DNA of 64,000 nucleotides from an uncultured Clostridia bacterium (lineage in GTDB: Bacteria > Bacillota > Clostridia > Christensenellales > CAG-314): assembly GCA_947625725.1 (NCBI GenBank), contig CANQPI010000008.1:3159-67158 (forward strand), read 5' to 3'. This document shows positions 46,777 to 56,179 of this stretch, in pieces (position 1 is the stretch's first letter; every line of letters starts with the position of its first letter). A program made the position numbers and the translations under genes. The notes under the pieces are model-generated. The model was not told the origin of the DNA, ran no database searches, and saw only the letters and a list, made by a program, of their open reading frames with translations.

Positions 46777-47088
46777 ATGGACGTGATAAAAAAACTCAAC
46801 GATTTGCGACTGCAACAGGATATGAGCGTTTACCGATTGGCAGAGTTATCCGGCATAAATCAATCGACCCTTGCAAACACATTTTCGCGCGGAACAACGC
46901 CGTCCGTAAAAAATCTCGAAGCCATGTGCCAAGCGTTGGGAATAACTTTGTCGCAGTTTTTTGCGCAGGACGAAGAAAACGAGTTTCTCACCGCAGGAGA
47001 AAAAAGGTTGCTCGACTGCTACCGCAAATTGCCCGCCAAGGTCAAAGACGGCATTGACAAAATGATAGATATGATCGATAATTCTTGA
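46777..47088 (+). CDS. XRE-family HTH transcriptional regulator
   Basis: 103 aa. HTH motif MSVYRLAELSGINQSTLANTFSRG. Confidence 0.85.
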   Translation: MDVIKKLNDLRLQQDMSVYRLAELSGINQSTLANTFSRGTTPSVKNLEAMCQALGITLSQFFAQDEENEFLTAGEKRLLDCYRKLPAKVKDGIDKMIDMIDNS

Positions 47089-47100
47089 TTGAAAAAAAGC

Positions 47101-47131
47101 AAAACCCCGACGAAAATTCGTGCGGGGTTTT
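47101..47131. terminator. bidirectional Rho-independent terminator (XRE gene / hsp20)
   Basis: AAAACCCCG-loop-CGGGGUUUU. Confidence 0.6.
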
Positions 47132-47153
47132 ACCATAAGAGGAGGAACTAAAT

Positions 47154-47558
47154 TCAGTCAATGGAAATTTGATGTTTGACTTCTTCGGGTCTGTCTTTGG
47201 GGACGGTAACGGTCAAAATGCCGTTTTCGTATTTTGCCTTGATTTGCTTTTCGTCTACGTCGCCCATGTAATAACTGCGGCTGTAACTTGTGGCGCGCTC
47301 GCGACGAAGATATTTGCCGTCCTCCTCGCGTTCTTCTTTCTTGGCGGAAATGGTTACATAACCGCTTTCGAATTTAAGACTGATGTCCTTTTTGTCCATA
47401 CCGGGCATTTCCACGTCCATAACGTAGTTTTTGTCCGTTTCCTTGATGTCCGTCTTCATAAACGTCGAATCGCTGTCGATATAGAAAGGACGGAAAAAAC
47501 TGTCGAATGCTTCGTCAAATAAATCGTTGCTTCTGCGAGGTGTAATATAGTTTTTCAT
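47154..47558 (-). CDS. Hsp20/alpha-crystallin small heat-shock protein
   Basis: 134 aa. Alpha-crystallin domain DIKETDKNYVMDVEMPGMDKKDISL...YENGILTVTVPK. Confidence 0.9.
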   Translation of the reverse strand: MKNYITPRRSNDLFDEAFDSFFRPFYIDSDSTFMKTDIKETDKNYVMDVEMPGMDKKDISLKFESGYVTISAKKEEREEDGKYLRRERATSYSRSYYMGDVDEKQIKAKYENGILTVTVPKDRPEEVKHQISID

Positions 47559-47629
47559 GGTAATATCTCCTTTTTTTTAGAATTTTCGTTAAGTTCGAAA
47601 AGGCTGTTGGCAATCTCGTCGATTGTTTG

Positions 47630-47656
47630 TTAGCACTCTCTCGCTCTAACTGCTAA
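47630..47656. promoter_or_regulatory. CIRCE (HrcA) operator upstream of hsp20
   Basis: TTAGCACTC-N9-AACTGCTAA against the consensus TTAGCACTC-N9-GAGTGCTAA (16/18). It lies immediately downstream of the promoter -10. Confidence 0.72.
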
Positions 47657-47657
47657 C

Positions 47658-47686
47658 ATTATATACCCGCCTTTTACGTTTGTCAA
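47658..47686 (-). promoter_or_regulatory. consensus sigma-A promoter of hsp20
   Basis: Minus strand TTGACA, 17-nt spacer, TATAAT. Confidence 0.7.
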
Positions 47687-47810
47687 TACTTTTTACAAAA
47701 ATTTTTTCTGATTTTTTTCAAATTTATACGCAAAGACAAAAATCTTTTTTTAACAACAAAAAAATCTGTCGCCGCCCGAGTTGCGCGTGCGCCCACTTTG
47801 CTCAAAATTA

Positions 47811-47839
47811 TTGCAATGACATTGTATTTGTGATATACT
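47811..47839 (+). promoter_or_regulatory. sigma-A type promoter
   Basis: TTGCAA, 17-nt spacer, TATACT. Confidence 0.5.
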
Positions 47840-47927
47840 GTTTTAAATAGCGTCTTTACGTCGGAGTGATCCTGCCCCGCCGATCGCGCTAAATACGCAA
47901 CGGCGACAATTTGCAAAGGAGGGAAGA

Positions 47928-49175
47928 ATGAACGCGCTATTGCTGTCCGACAAACTTCCCGATATTTTTTGGCTGTTGATCGCCGTGGTAATTGCGGAAT
48001 TTGTTATTATCGGCTATTTGGTATTTCTCAATATCCGCAAAAAACGTGCCCCCAAGGAAGAATTCGATCCGAACGGTGCCCCGCGCAAAAAATCTACGTT
48101 TTTGGGCAACGTTTTTTTTGTGTTTTCCATTGCGTTGAGTTTGTACTTGATGTACAGTTTTGCAAGCAGCAACGATCTTGGCGACGAGAAAGGTTTTGCC
48201 GAGGTGTTTGCGCAGGCAAACGTCAAGTATTTGCTGTTGGCGTTTGCCGCGCTTGTGGCAATGATCGTGTTGGACGGTTTGAAATATGTTGTGATAATGC
48301 GCGCCACCAACGTAAAACAAGGGTTTGGAACGGCGCTTTCCGTCAGTTTGATGGGCAAGTATTACGACAATATCACGCCGTTCAGTTCAGGCGGGCAACC
48401 CATGCAGATATACCAATTGCACAAAAAAGGCATCGGCGGCGGGCAAAGTTCGGCAATAATTTTCATCAAATTTGCCTTTAACATGACAATGTGGTTGACG
48501 ATTTGCTTTTTGTTGATGATACTCAACCGCGACGCGCTTACCTTGCACGTGGAAGATATGACCCAAAGACAAGTGTTGACCGTGGGCGGCTGGATAGGCT
48601 TTGCCGTAAACTGCGCCCTGCCAATGATGATACTAAGTTGCGCGATTTTTCCCAAAATGACTTGGGCGATAACGCGTTGGGTACTCAAAATCGGCTACAA
48701 ACTCAAAATAGTAAAAAATATCGACGAGCGAATGGATCGCGGCAAGCGCGCCGTAAACGAATTTGTCGCGGCGTTCCTCAGCATGATCAAAAAACCCTTG
48801 CATACCGTCATTTTGATACTGTTGTGCATTGCCGAACCGTTTATTTCTATGGCGTTGCCCTACTTTGTCGTTGTGGGGCTGGGCGGCAACGCGGTTGTAC
48901 CAAGCACGGAATTGATGTTTACGATAATGACCCTCAACGTGTACGCGCAAATGAGCGCAATGATATTCCCCACACCGGGCAACTCGGGAGCGGTAGAAAG
49001 CGCATTTATGCTTGCGTTGAGTACGCTGAGCAGCGGCGTGCTGTTTTGGACGGTGTTCAGTTGGCGTTTCCTCAGTTATTACAGTTATATCATTATCGGC
49101 ACATTGATGACAGTGTTCCGTTTGGTAAAAAACAACAGGCGCACGCGCCGCGGCAAGGAGTTATCCGCGGACTAA
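47928..49175 (+). CDS. flippase-like / lysylphosphatidylglycerol-synthase TM-region family membrane protein (UPF0104)
   Basis: 415 aa, polytopic. GKYYDNITPFSSGGQPMQIYQL is the family's conserved loop. Confidence 0.72.
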   Translation: MNALLLSDKLPDIFWLLIAVVIAEFVIIGYLVFLNIRKKRAPKEEFDPNGAPRKKSTFLGNVFFVFSIALSLYLMYSFASSNDLGDEKGFAEVFAQANVKYLLLAFAALVAMIVLDGLKYVVIMRATNVKQGFGTALSVSLMGKYYDNITPFSSGGQPMQIYQLHKKGIGGGQSSAIIFIKFAFNMTMWLTICFLLMILNRDALTLHVEDMTQRQVLTVGGWIGFAVNCALPMMILSCAIFPKMTWAITRWVLKIGYKLKIVKNIDERMDRGKRAVNEFVAAFLSMIKKPLHTVILILLCIAEPFISMALPYFVVVGLGGNAVVPSTELMFTIMTLNVYAQMSAMIFPTPGNSGAVESAFMLALSTLSSGVLFWTVFSWRFLSYYSYIIIGTLMTVFRLVKNNRRTRRGKELSAD

Positions 49176-49197
49176 ACAAAATCGATAAAACATTCAC

Positions 49198-49234
49198 AAA
49201 AAAAATTCGCTTCCCCAAACGGGAAGCGTTTTTT
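49198..49234. terminator. bidirectional Rho-independent terminator
   Basis: A-run, CGCUUCCC-CAAAC-GGGAAGCG, then T6. Confidence 0.65.
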
Positions 49235-49237
49235 ACG

Positions 49238-50401
49238 TTATTTGCGGGAAAAAGTTTCAATACCGCGTTTCAGACGGTCGAGCCCGTCCGTCAACGTGGC
49301 GCGCGGACAAGCGACGTTTACGCGCACGAAATATCTGCCGTTGCCGCGATACTTGTTGCCGCCGTTGATATACAGCCCCGTTTCGGCGCGCAAATGAGCG
49401 CAAAGTAAATCGGCGTTATCCGTAACGGCGGAACAGTCTATCCACATCAGGTAAGTCGCTTTTTGCTCGACGACTTTCAGTTGCGGCAAGTTTTTTGCCA
49501 AATATTCTTCCGCAAACTTGCGATTTGCAAAAAGATACCGCCGCAAACCGTCCAACCACTCGCCGCCCTCGGTAAACGCCGCCACAGCGGAAACGCATGC
49601 AAAACTGTTGGGTTCAGCCAACTCGTCGTAGTTGAGATGGCGCACGACCCTGTCGCGCAGACGCTCGTTCGGCACAACCACCGCCGCAGATTGCATTCCC
49701 GCAAGATTAAACGCTTTGCTTGCGGAGATCGCCGTAACGGATATATCCGCGCATGTGGGCGACGCGGCGGCAAACGGAGTGTAATCTACGCCCGGTTCGG
49801 TGAGGTCGCAATGGATTTCGTCGGAAATAACGGTAACGGAGCATTGAGCGCACAATTCGCCGATACGGGCAAGTTCCTCCTTGCTCCAAACGCGCCCCGC
49901 GGGGTTGGCGGGATTGCACAGTATCAGCAAGGTCACGTCGTTTCTGCTCAAAACGCGTTCCAGGTTGTCGAAATCGACGTCGTACCGTTTGCCGTCATAC
50001 ACAAGCGGACACTCCGCAACGCGCCTGTCGGTGTTTTGTATGGAATGGAAAAATATATCGTACACGGGCGTAAGCACGCAAACGCCGTCGCCCGCCGACG
50101 TGAGAGATTTGACGCAACTTGTGATCGTCGGAACGACTCCCGTCGCAAAACACATCCATTCCTTGCAAATTTGCCACCCATGTCGCGATTTCCACCAATT
50201 TTGATAGGAAATATACCACTCGTCGGGCACATTTTCGTAACCAAAAACGCCGCTCTTTGCTTTGTCTGAAACGGCTTGTCGCACGCAGGGCGCAGTCAAA
50301 AAATCCATGTCGGCGACCCACATTGGCAACTCGTTGTCCGCAACGTCCCACTTGACGGAATCGGTGTGACGGCGATCGATAGTTTTGTCGAAATTTGTCA
50401 T
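49238..50401 (-). CDS. PLP-dependent C-S lyase (MalY/PatB cystathionine beta-lyase family)
   Basis: 387 aa. DRRHTDSVKWD, MWVADMDF and SASKAFNLAG (PLP lysine) are characteristic. Confidence 0.85.
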   Translation of the reverse strand: MTNFDKTIDRRHTDSVKWDVADNELPMWVADMDFLTAPCVRQAVSDKAKSGVFGYENVPDEWYISYQNWWKSRHGWQICKEWMCFATGVVPTITSCVKSLTSAGDGVCVLTPVYDIFFHSIQNTDRRVAECPLVYDGKRYDVDFDNLERVLSRNDVTLLILCNPANPAGRVWSKEELARIGELCAQCSVTVISDEIHCDLTEPGVDYTPFAAASPTCADISVTAISASKAFNLAGMQSAAVVVPNERLRDRVVRHLNYDELAEPNSFACVSAVAAFTEGGEWLDGLRRYLFANRKFAEEYLAKNLPQLKVVEQKATYLMWIDCSAVTDNADLLCAHLRAETGLYINGGNKYRGNGRYFVRVNVACPRATLTDGLDRLKRGIETFSRK

Positions 50402-51243
50402 TTTTTCTCCGAAATAACCACCGTTGTCGCGGCAGGATCTATGTAACGCTCGTCCAATGTAAGTTCGCCTACGCTATCCGCCTCGATATGCCCCGACGAG
50501 GGGTTGACAATGCTGTCTACGCGTCCGATTATTGTAGCGTTGACGGTGCTGTACTCCATTGCGCGCGTGGTGTTTATCAATTTGCAGTTTACCAATTTGA
50601 GATTTTGCACGTAACACATGCCTTGCAGACTTTCTATCGTGCAGTTGACGAACGTTACGTTGCGCGCGTTCCAGCAAAGATATTCGCCGGAAATAAAACT
50701 GTCGTACACCGTTACGTTGCAACAGTTCCAAAAACTGTCCTTGCTGAGAAGTTTGGAATTGCGTATTGTTACGTCCTCCGCGCCGTCAAAACAGTAATCT
50801 CCCGTCAAAACAAGACCGTCAACGTCGATATGCTTGCAACCCATTGCAAAATATGTGCCTTGCGCAGTAACATTGCGCAAATTTATTTGGGAACAATTCC
50901 AAAGCGTTTCCGCCGCGTTGGGTAGCGAAACGTTGTTGAGCGCGATATGATCGGAGCGACGGAAAGTTTTTGGCGCGCTGATGACGCAGTTGTTGAAAAC
51001 TATCCCGTGCGTGTACCAAATGCCCGCGCGCGCCGTTTCAAAAAAAGTGCTGTCGTTGACGGTTACGTTGTTGCAATACCACAGGGGGTATTTCCACTTG
51101 AACAGGCATGCGTCCACCAACAAATCGGAACTTTCTTTGAGGGGCGATTCGCCCGCGTCGAAAGTACACTCCGTCAAATGCAGATCGGCAGAAGCAAACA
51201 AAGCGCGCTCTCCCACATAGAATTGTCGAACAAGTTCTTTCAT
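50398..51243 (-). CDS. DUF3737 family protein (parallel beta-helix)
   Basis: Start at the ATG at 51243 (MKELVRQFYVGERALF). GESPLKES, FKWKYPLWY, ARAGIWYTH and IESLQGMCY match the DUF3737 pattern as I recall it. Confidence 0.68.
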   Translation of the reverse strand: MKELVRQFYVGERALFASADLHLTECTFDAGESPLKESSDLLVDACLFKWKYPLWYCNNVTVNDSTFFETARAGIWYTHGIVFNNCVISAPKTFRRSDHIALNNVSLPNAAETLWNCSQINLRNVTAQGTYFAMGCKHIDVDGLVLTGDYCFDGAEDVTIRNSKLLSKDSFWNCCNVTVYDSFISGEYLCWNARNVTFVNCTIESLQGMCYVQNLKLVNCKLINTTRAMEYSTVNATIIGRVDSIVNPSSGHIEADSVGELTLDERYIDPAATTVVISEKK

Positions 51244-51392
51244 TGTGTGATCCCTCTTTGATTCAGATGTTCGGTACATAACAAAAACTACTGCCAAAGC
51301 AGTTGTTTTGCGTTAAAAAATTTTTAGTTTTGTTGCCCGCAGACAAAAACGCGGTTATACGCTAGTTTTGCCCGAGAACGACGGAACAGTCG

Positions 51393-52487
51393 TCAAAAAG
51401 CCTTTGTCAGATAGTCCTCGATAAACGCTTGCAGATCGCCGTCCATAACGCCCTCGACGTTGGGGTTTTCGAACCCGGTGCGATGATCCTTGACCAAGGT
51501 ATAGGGACAAAACACGTAGGAACGTATCTGACTGCCCCACTCGATTTTTTTGATCTCACCCTTGATGGACGCCGCCTCTTCCATTTGTTCGCGCTCTTTG
51601 AGTTCGGCAAGTTTGCCGCGCAACATGTTCATTGCCTGTTCGCGGTTTTGGATCTGACTGCGCTCGTTTTGGCAAGATACCACAATGCCCGTGGGCAGGT
51701 GCGTTATGCGAATGGCACTTTCCGTCTTGTTGACGTGCTGTCCGCCCGCGCCGCTACTGCGGTAGGTGTCGATTTTGAGGTCCTTATCGTCGATTACGAT
51801 TTCGCTGTCGGTAGCCAACTCCGGCATAACTTCCAACGACGCAAAACTTGTGTGACGGCGTTTGTTGGCGTCGAACGGAGAAATGCGCACCAAGCGGTGA
51901 ACGCCTTTTTCCGCTTTGAGATAGCCGTAGGCGTTGAGTCCGTCCACCTTGAACGTGACGGATTTGATCCCCGCTTCCTCGCCGTCAAGACGGTCCAACT
52001 CGGTCAACTTGTAGCCGCGACGCTCGCAGTAACGCGTGTACATGCGGTAAAGCATCGATACCCAATCCTGCGCCTCCGTGCCGCCCGCGCCCGCGTGCAA
52101 CGTCAAAATGGCGTTGTTTGCGTCAAACTTGCCGGAAAGCAACGTCGCCACATGCAACTCGTTGACGTCCGAAGATATTTGCGCAAGTTCGTCCGCCGTT
52201 TCGGCAAGCATTGTTTCGTCATCTCCGCACAAGTCCAGCAAATCGGATACATCCGCAAGGCGTTTGCGCAACTTGGAGTAGGAGGAGATCTTGTCCTCGA
52301 TGTTTTTGGCGCGCTGGCTGACTTGTTGGGCGTTTTTTACGTCTTCCCAAAAGTCGGGCGCGTGCTGTTGCTCGGTGAGCGCGGCAAGTTCCTCGTTGAG
52401 TTTGGGTATGTTGAGGCTTTCGCCAATGCCGTCCAATTTGGATTGCAGTTCTTTGATATTAAGTTTCAGTTCTTCTATTTGGATCAT
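51393..52487 (-). CDS. prfB: peptide chain release factor 2
   Basis: 364 aa with SPF (RISPFDANKRRHTSF) and GGQ (SGAGGQHVNKTES) motifs. The frame is uninterrupted. ATGA overlap with the secA stop. Confidence 0.95.
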   Translation of the reverse strand: MIQIEELKLNIKELQSKLDGIGESLNIPKLNEELAALTEQQHAPDFWEDVKNAQQVSQRAKNIEDKISSYSKLRKRLADVSDLLDLCGDDETMLAETADELAQISSDVNELHVATLLSGKFDANNAILTLHAGAGGTEAQDWVSMLYRMYTRYCERRGYKLTELDRLDGEEAGIKSVTFKVDGLNAYGYLKAEKGVHRLVRISPFDANKRRHTSFASLEVMPELATDSEIVIDDKDLKIDTYRSSGAGGQHVNKTESAIRITHLPTGIVVSCQNERSQIQNREQAMNMLRGKLAELKEREQMEEAASIKGEIKKIEWGSQIRSYVFCPYTLVKDHRTGFENPNVEGVMDGDLQAFIEDYLTKAF

Positions 52488-55429
52488 TGTTTTTTACGGT
52501 TGTTTTTCAATTCCTCGGCGCGGCGCAGATCGCGTTCCTGTTCTCTTTGACGGCGTTTCAAAGCCCAACGTTCCTCGTTGGTAAGGGGCGCGTCGGCATT
52601 GCTGTCGGCAGGGGCGTCGCCGTCGGACGACGTTTCGTTGCGAGCCGCCAAATCTTTGGGATAGCAGCAATTTTTGTACTTTTTTCCGCTTCCGCAAGGA
52701 CACGGACCGTTGAGTTTGCGCTCGACGTTGAGATTTGCCTCGACTTGTTCTTGCGGCACAATGCGGTAACGCATAAGTTGGCGCAACGCCTGCACTTTGA
52801 TTTGCTCGTTGAGTTTTTCGAACATGTCGTAGGCTTCCTTTTTGTAAACGGACAACGGATCGTGTTGACCTATCGCCTGCAAACCGACGCCTTTGCGCAA
52901 CTCGTCCAACGAGTCGATGTGATCTATCCACAGTCTGTCAAGACTGCGCAACAACATGTCGCGTTCCAGACGGTGATAGTACTTGGCGCCGTTCTCGCCC
53001 GCTTCCGCAAGACGTTTTTCCAAAAACTCCGTCAACCTATCCGCAAGCATGTCGCACACGTCGCGCGCGCTTGTCAAATCGCTCTGTTTGACCAAAGGTT
53101 CGTCCGTTTCGCAAATAAAGAAACCCGAAAGCACTTTGTTTACTTTGTCGAGATCCCAATGCGAAACGTCCTCGTCGCTGTCGCAAGCCTCCGCCAAAGC
53201 ATAGCGCGCGTAGTCCGGCACCATTGCCAAAATGTCGGCATGCACGTCCTCCGTATCCATGATGCGGTCGCGCTCTTTGTAAATGACTTTGCGTTGCTGG
53301 TTGTTGACGTCGTCGTACTGCAAAACGTTTTTGCGTGCGGAAAAGTGCATGCCCTCGATACGCTTTTGCGCGCTCTCCACCACTTTGGTTATCACGCGAG
53401 ATACGATCGGTTCGTCGTCGTCCTTGTTCATAAAGGACATAACGCGTTGCAACATATCGCCACCGAACACGCGTATCATATCGTCCTCGGCAGACACAAA
53501 AAACATACTGCAACCCGGATCCCCCTGACGTCCCGCACGACCTCTTAGTTGGTTGTCTATGCGGCGAGCGTCGTGACGCTCCGTTCCAATGACGAACAAG
53601 CCGCCCGCGTCCAACACCTTTTGTCTGTTTTGACGAAATTCCTCGGCGTATCTGTCGTAGATTTCGCGATACATTCGTTTGTATTCCAAGGCAGCGGGAC
53701 TGTCGTCCGCAGGATCGGTGGCGGCGACGTACGCGCGTTCCACTGCGGCTGCGATCGCTTTGTCGTCGCGCGTCTTTTTGCGCTCGTTTTGGCGTAACAA
53801 TCGACGAAATTCCTCGTCGGCAAGAGGTTTGGGATCGCCGCCGCCCAACAAAATATCGGTGCCGCGCCCCGCCATGTTAGTAGCAATGGTTATCGCCCCG
53901 GGAATACCCGCCTTGGCTATCGCAAGTGCTTCCTTGTCCTCGTCCGACTTGGCGTTGAGCAGAGTAACTACTTCTTTGGACAATACTCCCGCCTGATTGA
54001 GCCTGCGCGCGAGAGCGATACTCTTTTCCACGCTGGTAGTACCCACCAAAACAGGTTGCCCCCTGTCGTGGCACTCCTTGATTTTGGCGACGACGGCGCG
54101 CATCTTGCCCTCGACCGTGGCGAAAAATTGATCGTCGTAGTCTTTGCGAATGACGGGCTTGTTGGTGGGGATCACTACCACGTCCACGTTGTAGATGGCG
54201 TTGAATTCCTTTTCTTCCGTTTTGGCAGTACCCGTCATGCCGCTCATCTTGCGATACAGACGGAAATAGTTTTGCAAAGTGATTGTGGCGACGGTCTTGT
54301 CCTCGGGCTGAATAGTAACGCCTTCCTTGGCTTCGATAGCCTGGTGCAAACCGTTGGAAAACCGTCTGCCCTCCATTTTGCGCCCGGTAAAGTTGTCAAC
54401 TATTACCACTCTGCCCTTTTCCACAATGTAATCCACGCCCCTGTTCATCAAAGCGTTGGCGTGCAACGCGTTGTTGATGAAATGGTTGATCTCGGCGTTC
54501 TCGGGAGAGGACAGGTTGTCGATTTCGTAGTAGTATTCCGCCTTTTTTATGCCGCGGTCGGTCAGGCGAACGCTGCGACTTTTTTCGTCCACTACGTAAT
54601 CGCCGTTGGGGTCTTCCTTGTTGTCGTTGTTTTTGGCGAAGCGGGCAAACGGGTCGGAAGATTCGCCCTCCACGTTGCCCTCGATGTCCACATTGGTGGC
54701 TTTGTGCAATTTTTTGACAAAGCGATCCGCACGCGCATACTCGCCGCCCGGCTTGTCGCCCCGACCGGAAATGATCAACGGCGTACGCGCCTCGTCGATC
54801 AAAATGCTGTCCACCTCGTCGATGATGACAAAGTTCAGTCCGCGCTGAACGCGTTGATCGCGGCTCGTTACCATGTTGTCGCGCAAGTAGTCGAAACCGA
54901 ACTCGCTGTTTGTGCCATAAGTTATGTCGCAATGATAAGCGGCATACTTGTCGCGCGGATCTTGCTGACTCAACGTCACGCCCACCGTCAAACCCAAAAA
55001 GCGGAAAACGTTGCCCATCCACTCCATGTCGCGCTTGGCAAGATATTCGTTGACGGTAACTATATGAACGCCGTTGCCTGTCAACGCGTTAAGATAAGCG
55101 GGCAACGTTTCGGTAAGAGTTTTGCCCTCGCCCGTTGCCATTTGACAAATGCGCCCCTGGTGAATGGCGATACCGCCCATTACCTGCACGTCGAAATGCC
55201 GCTGTCCCAAGGTGCGTTTTGCCGCTTCGCGGCAGACGGCGAAAGCGTCAGGCAACATATCGTCCAATGTTTCGCCATTGGAAAATCTGTCCCGCAATAT
55301 CTGCGTTTGCGATTTGAGTTCGTCGTCCGTCATTGCCGCGTAAATCGGCTCTTTGGCGTTGACTTGATTGAGTATCTTTTGAAGTTTTTTGAGAGCGCGG
55401 GCGTTTGCCCTGCCGTAGTTTTCTTTCAT
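52484..55429 (-). CDS. secA: preprotein translocase ATPase SecA
   Basis: 981 aa. Walker A MATGEGKTL, DEAD-like IIDEVDSILIDEA, and the C-terminal zinc finger CPCGSGKKYKNCC followed by an extra tail of about 60 aa. Confidence 0.97.
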   Translation of the reverse strand: MKENYGRANARALKKLQKILNQVNAKEPIYAAMTDDELKSQTQILRDRFSNGETLDDMLPDAFAVCREAAKRTLGQRHFDVQVMGGIAIHQGRICQMATGEGKTLTETLPAYLNALTGNGVHIVTVNEYLAKRDMEWMGNVFRFLGLTVGVTLSQQDPRDKYAAYHCDITYGTNSEFGFDYLRDNMVTSRDQRVQRGLNFVIIDEVDSILIDEARTPLIISGRGDKPGGEYARADRFVKKLHKATNVDIEGNVEGESSDPFARFAKNNDNKEDPNGDYVVDEKSRSVRLTDRGIKKAEYYYEIDNLSSPENAEINHFINNALHANALMNRGVDYIVEKGRVVIVDNFTGRKMEGRRFSNGLHQAIEAKEGVTIQPEDKTVATITLQNYFRLYRKMSGMTGTAKTEEKEFNAIYNVDVVVIPTNKPVIRKDYDDQFFATVEGKMRAVVAKIKECHDRGQPVLVGTTSVEKSIALARRLNQAGVLSKEVVTLLNAKSDEDKEALAIAKAGIPGAITIATNMAGRGTDILLGGGDPKPLADEEFRRLLRQNERKKTRDDKAIAAAVERAYVAATDPADDSPAALEYKRMYREIYDRYAEEFRQNRQKVLDAGGLFVIGTERHDARRIDNQLRGRAGRQGDPGCSMFFVSAEDDMIRVFGGDMLQRVMSFMNKDDDEPIVSRVITKVVESAQKRIEGMHFSARKNVLQYDDVNNQQRKVIYKERDRIMDTEDVHADILAMVPDYARYALAEACDSDEDVSHWDLDKVNKVLSGFFICETDEPLVKQSDLTSARDVCDMLADRLTEFLEKRLAEAGENGAKYYHRLERDMLLRSLDRLWIDHIDSLDELRKGVGLQAIGQHDPLSVYKKEAYDMFEKLNEQIKVQALRQLMRYRIVPQEQVEANLNVERKLNGPCPCGSGKKYKNCCYPKDLAARNETSSDGDAPADSNADAPLTNEERWALKRRQREQERDLRRAEELKNNRKKQ

Positions 55430-55432
55430 TGT

Positions 55433-56179
55433 CTACTCCTGTTCGTTTTCGTAATTGAAATCTTCCTTGCGAGAAGCGACCGTCAAAGCCTCTACCCGAG
55501 CCGCTCCCGCGCGTTTGAGTACTTTGGCGCACTCGTTGATGGTCGCGCCGGTAGTTTTGACGTCGTCGATAAGCAAAATATGTTTTCCCTTGACGTTTAC
55601 GTCGGGTTTGATCCGATAACTCCCCACAAGATTGGTTTTGCGATCCGAGCGGGAAAGTTTTTCCTGCGCGGGGGTTTCGCGGATCTTGACAACGGTTTCC
55701 GTCAAAAGTTTTTGCACACCAAGTATATCACAAAATTCCGCCGCGAGCAACTGCGCTTGATTGTAGTGACGAACCTTGCGGGACTTGGCGCTCATAGGCG
55801 CAAATGTAACGAGGTCGTATTGCAAATTTTGTTTGACGGACAAAAACGCCAAATACGGCGCAAATCCGTGCGCGATACTTCCCAAATTTGCAAACTTCAT
55901 TTGCAAAATGGCTTTGCGCACGTTGCCGTCGTAGTTGAAAACGGAGTACGCCCTGTCGAAATAAGTTTTGTCGAAGGCGCAATTTCCGCAGTAATCTTCC
56001 TCGCCGTCGATAGCGACGCCGCAACGTTTGCAAGTTTTGCCGTTGTTGAAGGAAACGTCTTTCATGCACTCGGCGCAAAAAGCCGTCCGTTCAAAAAGTT
56101 CTGCGCCGCAACTAAGACATTTGAAGTCGGACGGAGCGAAAACCTGCCTCAACTTGTGCATAAATTCCGTTCTAGTCAT
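55433..56179 (-). CDS. comFC: ComF family protein (phosphoribosyltransferase domain, ComFC-like)
   Basis: Zinc-finger cysteines CLSCG...CAEC...CKRCG...CGNC and the PRTase motif ILLIDDVKTTGAT. Start taken at the ATG at 56179, overlapping the recD2 end. Confidence 0.8.
   Translation of the reverse strand: MTRTEFMHKLRQVFAPSDFKCLSCGAELFERTAFCAECMKDVSFNNGKTCKRCGVAIDGEEDYCGNCAFDKTYFDRAYSVFNYDGNVRKAILQMKFANLGSIAHGFAPYLAFLSVKQNLQYDLVTFAPMSAKSRKVRHYNQAQLLAAEFCDILGVQKLLTETVVKIRETPAQEKLSRSDRKTNLVGSYRIKPDVNVKGKHILLIDDVKTTGATINECAKVLKRAGAARVEALTVASRKEDFNYENEQE

Noticed and set aside
51393-52487. Programmed +1 frameshift site in prfB.
   Set aside because: The RF2 ORF is uninterrupted from its ATG through the SPF and GGQ motifs, and the N-terminal 25 aa or so are in frame. 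This genome therefore appears to belong to the minority lacking the autoregulatory frameshift. It is not a pseudogene or an anomaly.
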